Source: a virus
Taxonomy: Duplodnaviria > Caudoviricetes
DNA length: 42,877 nt
IMG/VR virus record: IMGVR_UViG_3300027819_000023
Span: 1 to 42,877 of that record
Reading direction: 5' to 3' (one strand)
Part shown: one piece after another, positions 1-7,111 of the stretch
Layout: every line of letters begins with the position of its first letter
Position numbering within the stretch: the stretch's first letter is position 1
Position numbers and translations under genes: made by a program
The notes under the pieces: generated by a model
Told to the model about the DNA's origin: nothing
The model's input: only the letters and a program-made list of their open reading frames with translations
Database searches by the model: none

Positions 1-119
1 AGGATGCTCGCCGAAAACGAAAGAACCAGCCCATATATACTTGTGACGATAGCAAAAATAACAAATAAAATAACAGTGCATGCAAACCAATTTGTGCAAT
101 TGCTAAAATCCAATCTCAC
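1..119 (-). CDS. Small membrane protein, truncated by window edge
   Basis: Own translation: GGAGG RBS then GTG, MRLDFSNCTNWFACTVILFVIFAIVTSIYGLVLSF...; hydrophobic helix. Confidence 0.5.
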   Translation of the reverse strand, partial: MRLDFSNCTNWFACTVILFVIFAIVTSIYGLVLSFSASI

Positions 120-390
120 AATATCCTCCTTTTAAAGTTATAGGGCTATAGGCAAGAGTTTTTGATGTTAATCTTTTGTACTCTTCCATAGAAGTATCAA
201 GTTTGCGTTTTTCCAACATCTCATAGCATTCAACCATCAACTTCTTGAACTCCTCAACACTGAGTTCGTAGATTTTCATTTCATCCATGTTAACCTTTGG
301 GGTTAACAATTCACCACTTTTTTTTATCTTTCCCAGACCTTGACAGTTCGGGCAAATCTTCTCGTCTTCGTAATTAAATAAGTCAGTCAT
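103..390 (-). CDS. Hypothetical protein with CxxC motif
   Basis: ORF track 103..498; start moved to MTDLFN (390) because of an AAGGAG RBS; CPNCQG motif. Confidence 0.6.
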   Translation of the reverse strand: MTDLFNYEDEKICPNCQGLGKIKKSGELLTPKVNMDEMKIYELSVEEFKKLMVECYEMLEKRKLDTSMEEYKRLTSKTLAYSPITLKGGYCEIGF

Positions 391-403
391 ATTCTTTCTC
401 CTT

Positions 404-715
404 TTAGAGTTTATTCCTTTTATCATAAGCATTTTTAAAAAAAACCCATAATTCCTTTTCCGCCCATTCAGCCTTATTACCTCCAGACGCACAACCAAGT
501 AGATTTTTCATAATCTCCACATCTACTAGACATTGTTTTTCAAACAGAGGTTTTGCATGACCTTCAAAGCCTAACTTATAACTATCATGGAATGGTTGTA
601 TGTAATGTTCCATAATTGATTTTTCTAATGAATGTTTTATGTGATAAGCTAATTTTCTAGCTTCCTCACCACTTAATTCTATTGTTATTTTTTCAGCTTT
701 TATATTCATATCCAC
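404..715 (-). CDS. Hypothetical protein
   Basis: 103-aa ORF with AAGGAG RBS, in operon orientation. Confidence 0.65.
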   Translation of the reverse strand: MDMNIKAEKITIELSGEEARKLAYHIKHSLEKSIMEHYIQPFHDSYKLGFEGHAKPLFEKQCLVDVEIMKNLLGCASGGNKAEWAEKELWVFFKNAYDKRNKL

Positions 716-778
716 TCCTTATAAATGTGCGGGCTTTTTGTCATACTCCGGCAAGGGGCGAGAGAAAGGAGAAGTGCT

Positions 779-1111
779 TCAAGATCGCCCCCTTCCAGAT
801 ATTTCAGTAATAACAATATTTGATTGTGCTTCAATCAATTTCTTCTTGAGCCGATAGATGGCAGTTTTCATACCTTTAACATCTTCTATTTTATATATCC
901 CTTCTTTTGTTGTATATGTAAAATCCGCATAATATTTGAATATTTTCTTACCATTCAACGTAAATAAAAACGGCACTTGTGTTTCCAATGATTTTATTTC
1001 GCCAGCTTTTTGAAGAAATTTTAAATCAATATATCTATGAGATTCCGCAATTGAATCAAAATAGATTCCATCAACAAGGGTTTTTCTAGCATTATATTTA
1101 TTCCTTCTCAT
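779..1111 (-). CDS. DUF1064-family phage PD-(D/E)XK endonuclease (putative resolvase)
   Basis: NKYNARKT.VDGIYFDS.AE..RY, YYADF, EDVKG and YRLKKKL signature motifs. Confidence 0.85.
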   Translation of the reverse strand: MRRNKYNARKTLVDGIYFDSIAESHRYIDLKFLQKAGEIKSLETQVPFLFTLNGKKIFKYYADFTYTTKEGIYKIEDVKGMKTAIYRLKKKLIEAQSNIVITEISGRGRS

Positions 1112-1305
1112 GTTTTCCTTTCATCATACATTTCGCAACACCCGGTTTGTGTCCATTCTGAAAATACAATCTTTACATTCCCCTCCCAAAACTCAGGAGC
1201 CAGGCAGACATACCCTTTTAGCTCAGATATAGGCTTTCCAGTAGTCAAAGGATGATGTCTATCCTCGGCTAGACGTTGACAAGTTTTGCACTCTGGCATT
1301 TTCAT
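1108..1305 (-). CDS. Small Cys-rich hypothetical protein
   Basis: CKTC...C...CC; 4-nt overlaps with both neighbours. Confidence 0.6.
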   Translation of the reverse strand: MKMPECKTCQRLAEDRHHPLTTGKPISELKGYVCLAPEFWEGNVKIVFSEWTQTGCCEMYDERKT

Positions 1306-1472
1306 TTGTTATTCCCACAACAATTTTCCTTTTTGTATTCGAGAAGTTCTTTTAATTCAGCAATAAGGATTCCCTCGCTAATGGCACACATAGAGTTCTC
1401 TCCATAATACCAGCATATTGATTCGTGATTTCTTATATGTTTCTCAATCAATTCCTTAATCTTTTCTTCCGT
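1302..1472 (-). CDS. Hypothetical protein, start uncertain (ACG at 1472?)
   Basis: ORF track 1302..1550 overlaps the upstream gene; GGAAAGGA precedes ACG-GAA-GAA-AAG. Confidence 0.4.
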   Translation of the reverse strand, partial: TEEKIKELIEKHIRNHESICWYYGENSMCAISEGILIAELKELLEYKKENCCGNNK

Positions 1473-1473
1473 G

Positions 1474-1749
1474 TTATCCTTTCCAGCAGTGTTTGCTGCC
1501 GTCCCATTTCTTGAGTTTCGATTTAAGTTTTGAAATTTCCTTTTTATCAAGATAAAACAAACAATCAGAGGCTATTTTTTTCTTATACTCATGCAGCGTA
1601 TCATACAGATAATCCTTCAATATATTTGCGAAAATATCACTATTGCAATTCCATGCAAAAGGGATAACAGGTTTTTCTATAGGTACATCTGTGTCAATTT
1701 GTGCAAATAAATTTGTGCCGTCTACTCTAAAATTTATAAAATTATCCAT
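1474..1749 (-). CDS. Hypothetical protein
   Basis: ORF 1474..1830; start moved to MDNFIN (1749) after an AAAGGA RBS; the upstream part is a structured spacer. Confidence 0.6.
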   Translation of the reverse strand: MDNFINFRVDGTNLFAQIDTDVPIEKPVIPFAWNCNSDIFANILKDYLYDTLHEYKKKIASDCLFYLDKKEISKLKSKLKKWDGSKHCWKG

Positions 1750-1768
1750 GATTTTCCTTTCTAAATTA

Positions 1769-1876
1769 TAGGTTGCAAGGTGGCCAGCTATCCCCGATAT
1801 ACAGTGATAGCTGTTCGCACTTACGTACACATTACCTGCAACCTAGTACAGATACGGTGAGGAAGACTCACGTATC
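1769..1876 (-). ncRNA. Structured intergenic RNA element (multi-stem)
   Basis: TAGGTTGCA/TGCAACCTA closing stem, CAGCTATC/GATAGCTG stem, GUAA-loop hairpin on the minus strand, separate GATACG..CGTATC hairpin. Confidence 0.5.
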
Positions 1877-1879
1877 AAG

Positions 1880-2050
1880 TTACTTTTTTTCATTAGGTGC
1901 CACTTTTTCTGCGGCAGACAAAAAAAGGTATACATCGTTTGCATGCCCAAGAAATTCTCTCTGTTTATTTTTTGATAATGCCTTGAATACTTCTTCAAAC
2001 GACCTCCTCGTTTCAATTATTTCTTCTTTTGTAAATTCACCTTGTGCCAT
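1880..2050 (-). CDS. Hypothetical protein (56 aa, not in ORF track)
   Basis: Own translation MAQGEFTKEEIIETRRSFEEVFKALSK...; AAGGAAGGA RBS. Confidence 0.65.
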   Translation of the reverse strand: MAQGEFTKEEIIETRRSFEEVFKALSKNKQREFLGHANDVYLFLSAAEKVAPNEKK

Positions 2051-2076
2051 CTTTTTATTCCTTCCTTAAAATTAAT

Positions 2077-2153
2077 TTGCGGGAAGGGATTGTAAAGTAC
2101 TTATCTGTATGAGGTTTTAACATACAGTTTTGGGAAATTGTCCCTCCCCGCAA
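2077..2153 (-). promoter_or_regulatory. Long intergenic hairpin
   Basis: 13-bp closing stem that pairs fully (one G-U) only on the minus strand; inner CTGTATG/CATACAG stem. Confidence 0.5.
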
Positions 2154-2156
2154 CAA

Positions 2157-2864
2157 TTAAGTTCTTTTTGATTCCCTCTGTGTTTCTTTAATGTTCAATC
2201 CGTGTATTTTGCCTTTCCAATTATTCATCTTTGCAACTTGTTTCAGGTTTTTAAATTCTACGCATGATACTGGTATATATCCATCAACGATAGCCAGGCA
2301 TACATCCTTTGCTATCTCTATTTCTACTTCAATATCCTTGATCCACGTGATGCTTCCACCGGATTCCATCTTTGTGGTTTTCTCGACTGCTTTTTGCACG
2401 AACACAGGCTTTTCGATGACTGCCTCAGCTTTTTCCAGTAATATTTCAGACTTTTTCGGATTTAGCGCTTCCATGTCCAGCGCCTTCTTAAGCAAACTTT
2501 CTCTTTCTTTATCAGCCTTCTCTCTTGCCATCCGTTCAAGCAGTTCCTGTTTCGCTCTCTCAATTCTATCCTGTTCCATCTTCCAGGACACGCGGGTAGA
2601 AGATATTTTGCTTTCTGCTTCTTCTACAGGTGCAAGTTCCTTGTCCCAATTGTCCTTTATTTCCTTTGCACTGGCTTTCGCTTTATCCGACATAGGCTTC
2701 CAGGCAGCATTGATTTGCTTCTTGATTCTTGCAAGCGATAAGGCAACTTCCCCGGCAAGTTCAAAGTCTTTAACGGTAACTATTTTTAGAGCTTTTGCTT
2801 GCTCTGTAAGGCTCAATGCTTCTTTCTTTACGTCTTGTCCGTATTCCGTCATTGCTCCAGTCAT
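2157..2864 (-). CDS. Coiled-coil phage protein of the recombination module
   Basis: Long E/K/A-rich helical region; ATGA overlap with the exonuclease gene. Confidence 0.7.
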   Translation of the reverse strand: MTGAMTEYGQDVKKEALSLTEQAKALKIVTVKDFELAGEVALSLARIKKQINAAWKPMSDKAKASAKEIKDNWDKELAPVEEAESKISSTRVSWKMEQDRIERAKQELLERMAREKADKERESLLKKALDMEALNPKKSEILLEKAEAVIEKPVFVQKAVEKTTKMESGGSITWIKDIEVEIEIAKDVCLAIVDGYIPVSCVEFKNLKQVAKMNNWKGKIHGLNIKETQRESKRT

Positions 2865-3481
2865 GTGCTTTCTCTCCATCCTTTCAAAAGGGTTTCAAAT
2901 TCTTTTTTCTTCCAATACCAATCAAGTAACTTTCTAAACATCGGACAGCTCTGCTTACGTTCTGCATTGTGTACCCTATACCCGGCATCCAAGCTGAACT
3001 CCACAACGATTTTACGTTTAGGCGGGAAGTCTGAAACGAGTCCAGCATATCCGGCCATTCTTAATGGGTCGCAACATGGGTCGTATTTGCGGAGTTTCCA
3101 ATCATAAATACAATCTTCTGTAACGAGATCAGGCTTTCCGCAATACTTCAACTTCACATTACAAAAAGCCTTTTCTATTGCTATAATAGAAGACCTTCCC
3201 AGCGTTGGCAACCCATTTGTGTCGTCTCTATGGAACTCTCTGAACTGTCTCATAGGTATAATCAATTGCTCGTCAATTGAATCCTCATCCAGATCATCCG
3301 CGAGAAACAGCCTGATACACTCATGGAAAGCTACCCCTAAATCCTTCTTACGTTCCAGCTTTCCGGGGTGTGCTTTGCTATAATCCATCGAAAGCGGAGC
3401 GACAATATTTGAAACAGATGGAATATGTTTACCATCAAGCAAATGAATCCTACTTTCTTCATTGTATGTAAATTCACCCAT
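2861..3481 (-). CDS. PD-(D/E)XK (Cas4/RecB-like) exonuclease
   Basis: PSVSNI, G..FH, IEK, YCGKPDL, IYDWK motifs. Confidence 0.75.
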   Translation of the reverse strand: MGEFTYNEESRIHLLDGKHIPSVSNIVAPLSMDYSKAHPGKLERKKDLGVAFHECIRLFLADDLDEDSIDEQLIIPMRQFREFHRDDTNGLPTLGRSSIIAIEKAFCNVKLKYCGKPDLVTEDCIYDWKLRKYDPCCDPLRMAGYAGLVSDFPPKRKIVVEFSLDAGYRVHNAERKQSCPMFRKLLDWYWKKKEFETLLKGWREST

Positions 3482-3690
3482 TATTCAGAGACTCTATTTT
3501 GTTGATTAATTTAAGTCTTTACATTACCGACTACCGTAAAGTTGCTTAGCTCGTCACATTTCGAGGATTTACGAATTTATGAATCAAAACCTCCAAGCAA
3601 TCTGCTTTTTCAAGCTGTAAAGACTTATTATAGATTCAACCCTTCCGCCGCTTCGGCTTTCTTCATTGTAGGCAAAATTCCACATTATTC
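3453..3690. repeat. Diverged 34-bp direct repeat (3453-3486 and 3657-3690)
   Basis: 28/34 identical ungapped, 14-bp exact core CTTTCTTCATTGTA; duplicates the start of the exonuclease gene. Confidence 0.8.
3512..3627 (-). ncRNA. Structured RNA element between the direct repeats
   Basis: Perfect 12-bp IR TAAGTCTTTACA/TGTAAAGACTTA; GCUU-GAAA-AAGC tetraloop hairpin and UUGCUUGG/CUAAGCAA stem on the minus strand. Confidence 0.55.
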
Positions 3691-4575
3691 TAATACCCAT
3701 TCATTTTCATCAGCCTGTCCAAACACTCTATCAATTATTTCATTCAGATAATCACTCACTATTTTCTCCTGCTTAACCTCTCTCAGTATTGCGATTATCT
3801 TGGCAAAATAGGCAACATCAATACCAATCAATTGCTCTTCCAAAATATCAGGATTTGTTAAATCTAATTCAGAAATCTGGAACATTATTTTTAGTATTTC
3901 CCCTGCGGTAATATTCCATTTTCTTTTTACAAACTTTTTCATCCGCAAGATAGAGGTTAGCGGATACAAACTGCCTTGATATTTCAATTGCTTTGTTATT
4001 AAAGATTCAAGTGCTTCTTTGTTTGTTACCAATCCATCACGGAATGTAAAATAATTAGTCGCATGAATGTAGTCAAAATTTTTATGAATTGCACTAGCAT
4101 CTCCATTAAATCTCAATATGATTTGTATTTTGTTTGATAATGAAATGGCGTTCGGACTAAAGTAAAGAGGCACATATTCAATTGAATCTTTTTTATCTTC
4201 ATTAATCCGCATACCTCCAGCTAAATCATTGAAAAACAACTTCACTTGTGTTGGTTTTAAGTTATTGATTGAGATACCAAATATGTTCTTATCTGAAGAC
4301 ACTTCTTTCAACAATAATTCTTTTTCGAGGCCATCAAAAACTCTGATATTGGTTATATCTTTTGTGTAATATCTAGCGAGGGAAGCAAGCACATCCTGTT
4401 TTTGCAAGTACACATCATAATCATTAATATCTTCCCCTAGCAGCATAGATGCTATGCTGCCACCAGAAACTAATAAGTTTACCTTTACCTGTTTTCTGAG
4501 GTTTTCGTCTGAAATGGTCTCCAGCCATTTGTTCATTTTATTTTCAATTGTTTTTTGTATTGTTTTTATCTGCAT
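3685..4575 (-). CDS. Nucleotidyltransferase (Pol-beta superfamily, CCA/poly(A) polymerase head-like)
   Basis: VSGGSIASMLLGEDINDYDVY (GG...DxD) and NFDYIHA motifs. Confidence 0.75.
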   Translation of the reverse strand: MQIKTIQKTIENKMNKWLETISDENLRKQVKVNLLVSGGSIASMLLGEDINDYDVYLQKQDVLASLARYYTKDITNIRVFDGLEKELLLKEVSSDKNIFGISINNLKPTQVKLFFNDLAGGMRINEDKKDSIEYVPLYFSPNAISLSNKIQIILRFNGDASAIHKNFDYIHATNYFTFRDGLVTNKEALESLITKQLKYQGSLYPLTSILRMKKFVKRKWNITAGEILKIMFQISELDLTNPDILEEQLIGIDVAYFAKIIAILREVKQEKIVSDYLNEIIDRVFGQADENEWVLE

Positions 4576-5504
4576 TATAAACCTGCCTCCTGTGCGGCCT
4601 CGTCTGCAAGTTTGCTCAATTCTGGATCATTGGGTTCTTCTGGCATTGGCGTCATAGATACAATATTCGTATATTTCCCTTTTGTTTCTGTCTTGATAGT
4701 AACTCCCGTGCCAGATTCCTTTGCCTTCTTAGCTTCTTCCGCAATCTTCTTATCAAAAGTCGTCCAGTCCACACCGTTCGTATCTTTGATATAATATTTA
4801 GTCCATTCTGAACCATCTTCCTTTTTTCCTGTTTTTATTGTAACCGCTGCAATACCTATCATCATTTCCCCTGTATTGTTTGTTGGTGCTGCCGGGGCAG
4901 ATTTGCTTTGCGGAGTTTTAACTTTTGTTTTGTACTCAACCTTTGTAATTTGTGATACATCAATCCCAGATTCCGCAAGGTCATCATAGGTAAGGTTTCT
5001 GATGCCAAGCAGTCTGGTAATTCCGTTGCCGATTAAGTTTGTATAGGCCGATTTAACCACGTCCCCAATGTCAATCGCCGAGGGGGGCAATTCTTTTCCT
5101 TGAACATATTTACCATCAACATAAGTTCCCTTTTCGTATTTCTTAAAAAACCCATCCTTGCTTGACCTTGTACCAATACATTCAATGCTTGCATTGCCGA
5201 GGGTAAAGATGCCTTTGTATGTCACCATGTAATGTCCATCGTCACCGTCTTGCTGAGTTCTAGGTTCTTCCACTGTCCAAGATATGCCAAACAATCTGGC
5301 AATCTTTTCTCCGCCCGATGTTTGCAAATACGGTTTACCATTCTGGTCAACCCAATCTTGGTAATTCGTCACCCGCAAAGATAATCCCTTAATCTTTTTC
5401 ACCGCCTCAATTCTGGCTTCTGCTTTATGTGCAATACTTATCAAACTATCTGTAGATATTGCAGTCAATACTTCTCCTGTGTCTTGATTCAATTCGTTAC
5501 TCAA
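4575..5504 (-). CDS. Putative single-strand annealing protein with a C-terminal beta-rich (OB-like) domain
   Basis: KPYL..SGGEKIARLFG motif typical of phage recombination-module proteins; Pro/Ala linker; acidic tail; TTG start after AAGGAG. Confidence 0.5.
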   Translation of the reverse strand: MSNELNQDTGEVLTAISTDSLISIAHKAEARIEAVKKIKGLSLRVTNYQDWVDQNGKPYLQTSGGEKIARLFGISWTVEEPRTQQDGDDGHYMVTYKGIFTLGNASIECIGTRSSKDGFFKKYEKGTYVDGKYVQGKELPPSAIDIGDVVKSAYTNLIGNGITRLLGIRNLTYDDLAESGIDVSQITKVEYKTKVKTPQSKSAPAAPTNNTGEMMIGIAAVTIKTGKKEDGSEWTKYYIKDTNGVDWTTFDKKIAEEAKKAKESGTGVTIKTETKGKYTNIVSMTPMPEEPNDPELSKLADEAAQEAGL

Positions 5505-5505
5505 T

Positions 5506-5700
5506 TTATTCTCCTTTCAAAATCCTACAAGCTTTTTCTTCGTTGTCAGTTTCGATTAATGTGCGAGTTTTTTTTGCATAAGGTTTGCATTGATAAACAG
5601 TAAACATTCTGCCATCCTCCCAGGCAATAAGCCACTTATCGCCAATTTCAAGCCTTGAGTTGTTTTCAAGCAATGCCTTTAATATATGTTCTCCAGCCAT
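5506..5700 (-). CDS. Hypothetical protein
   Basis: Start MAGEHIL coupled to the upstream stop. Confidence 0.6.
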   Translation of the reverse strand: MAGEHILKALLENNSRLEIGDKWLIAWEDGRMFTVYQCKPYAKKTRTLIETDNEEKACRILKGE

Positions 5701-5888
5701 TATTTCTTCTCCCCCTCCCCGCACAATTCTAAAATTTTATCAATTACCTTTTCACATTCCTTGTATATTCTTGCAAAATCAAACGCTTCCCTAGTTGCCG
5801 CCTCTTCTTTTCCCTTCTTGATCCTTTTTACCTCTTCAGAGCTACTTAGGTATTCTCTAATAATACCAACCTTGCTTTTCCTAGCCAC
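5700..5888 (-). CDS. Hypothetical protein
   Basis: 62-aa ORF, GGAAGGGG RBS, GTG start. Confidence 0.55.
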   Translation of the reverse strand: MARKSKVGIIREYLSSSEEVKRIKKGKEEAATREAFDFARIYKECEKVIDKILELCGEGEKK

Positions 5889-5925
5889 AATCCCCTTCCT
5901 TTCATGCTAATATCTCTCTCATAAG

Positions 5926-6057
5926 TTATTTCTTCTTTCCACGCCAATTTTTCGAGGTGCATCTTGGGCACTGAATAATATCGTCCGGGTTCTTGCGTGG
6001 TGTCCAAGATTTTTTACATTGTTTACACTTTAATTTAGGTAGTTTTGTGTTTGCCAT
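5926..6057 (-). CDS. Small zinc-ribbon protein (43 aa, not in ORF track)
   Basis: MANTKLPKLKCKQCKKSWTPRKNPDDIIQCPRCTSKNW...; AAGGAG RBS; first gene of the leftward operon. Confidence 0.75.
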   Translation of the reverse strand: MANTKLPKLKCKQCKKSWTPRKNPDDIIQCPRCTSKNWRGKKK

Positions 6058-6113
6058 TATTACTCCTTATTATAAACCTCCCTTTAAAAATATCATATAA
6101 TTAACTGATGCAA

Positions 6114-6141
6114 ATAATATCATATTATTATAATATGTCAA
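6114..6141 (-). promoter_or_regulatory. Sigma70-type leftward promoter
   Basis: TTGACA-16 nt-TATTAT with extended -10 TG. Confidence 0.6.
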
Positions 6142-6235
6142 CAAGAAAAAAACAAATATATTTCCTCGTTTCCTTGTATCCCAGTAAATACAAGCGTTTG
6201 TGGGGATAATTATTTTTTGATAATTTATTTTGGTA

Positions 6236-6263
6236 TTGACAAATAAATAAATTATGATACATT
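6236..6263 (+). promoter_or_regulatory. Sigma70-type rightward promoter
   Basis: TTGACA-16 nt-TACATT with extended -10 TG. Confidence 0.55.
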
Positions 6264-6347
6264 CAATGAGCAACATATAGTAACTTCCCCTTGTGGATTT
6301 AACCTTTACCTGGTTCGCAAGGGGAAGCTTTTCCCCTTGACAAATAT

Positions 6348-6830
6348 ATGAACTACGAAACAACTGCCGAAATAGAAATAGCTATCGCTAAGCATTACGG
6401 ATGGCGACAAAATCTTATTGTGCCCAATGTATCATGGGGATTGTTGTACCATGAGGCCGATATACTTGTAATGACCAAGCAAGGTTATTTGACTGAAATT
6501 GAAATAAAAGTATCTAAATCTGACTTAATTGCTGACAAATCAAAAAGACAACAACACCAGAGCAAGCTCGTGAAAAGCATATATTTTGCCATGCCGGAGA
6601 AGTTAGAAATATATACAGACCATGTGTTATCGAGGGCTGGAATATTAATCGTAGGAAAGACAGGGAAAATTAAGCTATTAAGAAAAGCAGAGATTAACAA
6701 AGAATCACGAATATTAACTGATAATGAAAAGTACAATCTTGCTCGCTTGGGAACCATGCGAATTTGGAATTTAAAATCCAATTTGTTGATGCAAATGAAT
6801 AGTTATAAAAATTTGCTAATTTCAAAATGA
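6348..6830 (+). CDS. MmcB-like PD-(D/E)XK nuclease
   Basis: EADILV...EIEIKVSKSDL.AD..K, YFAMP, AGIL motifs. Confidence 0.75.
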   Translation: MNYETTAEIEIAIAKHYGWRQNLIVPNVSWGLLYHEADILVMTKQGYLTEIEIKVSKSDLIADKSKRQQHQSKLVKSIYFAMPEKLEIYTDHVLSRAGILIVGKTGKIKLLRKAEINKESRILTDNEKYNLARLGTMRIWNLKSNLLMQMNSYKNLLISK

Positions 6831-6838
6831 TAATTTTC

Positions 6839-6866
6839 TTGACAAAAATACGGATTGTGGTAAAAT
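6839..6866 (+). promoter_or_regulatory. Sigma70-type promoter for the replication operon
   Basis: TTGACA-16 nt-TAAAAT with extended TG. Confidence 0.7.
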
Positions 6867-6883
6867 AAAAGGGAAATTTACAG

Positions 6884-6986
6884 GCTTGTATGAATGAGAT
6901 GCAGGCGATACATTATACAGCCCGTGAGGGCGCAACAGAACCCGGCAATAGGTGCTCATTCCACTTATTGACCGGGTTTTTTGTTG
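6884..6986 (+). promoter_or_regulatory. Structured 5' leader with complementary loops and a terminator-like stem
   Basis: Loop GAATGAG (6892-6898) is the reverse complement of loop CTCATTC (6955-6961); GCCC-GTGA-GGGC hairpin; T run after CCGGG. Confidence 0.7.
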
Positions 6987-6994
6987 GAGTATTT

Positions 6995-7111
6995 ATGAAA
7001 AAACCAAGAAAAGTATTAAGGCGTTTGTTGAAACAATACAGAAACGAGTCTGAAGTTGTAGATTGCATACAAATTATCATTGAGAGGTTAAACAATGATA
7101 GGCACTCTTGA
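6995..7111 (+). CDS. Small basic protein upstream of the primase
   Basis: GGAG RBS, MKKPRKVLRRLLKQY...; overlaps the primase start. Confidence 0.45.
   Translation: MKKPRKVLRRLLKQYRNESEVVDCIQIIIERLNNDRHS

Noticed and set aside
2191-2937. 248-aa plus-strand ORF
   Set aside because: Antisense shadow of the K/E/A-rich coiled-coil gene; S/F/L-rich, no RBS
2861-3481. Cas4 as evidence of a CRISPR system
   Set aside because: Generic phage PD-(D/E)XK exonuclease in a recombination module; no Fe-S Cys cluster pattern, no other cas genes
3512-3627. tRNA or hammerhead ribozyme identity for the structured elements
   Set aside because: No T-loop/CCA cloverleaf and no CUGANGA core found by eye
6070-6363. 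97-aa minus-strand ORF and the ORFs at 11212-11713
   Set aside because: They span AT-rich promoter regions or overlap real genes on the other strand; no RBS or protein-like features
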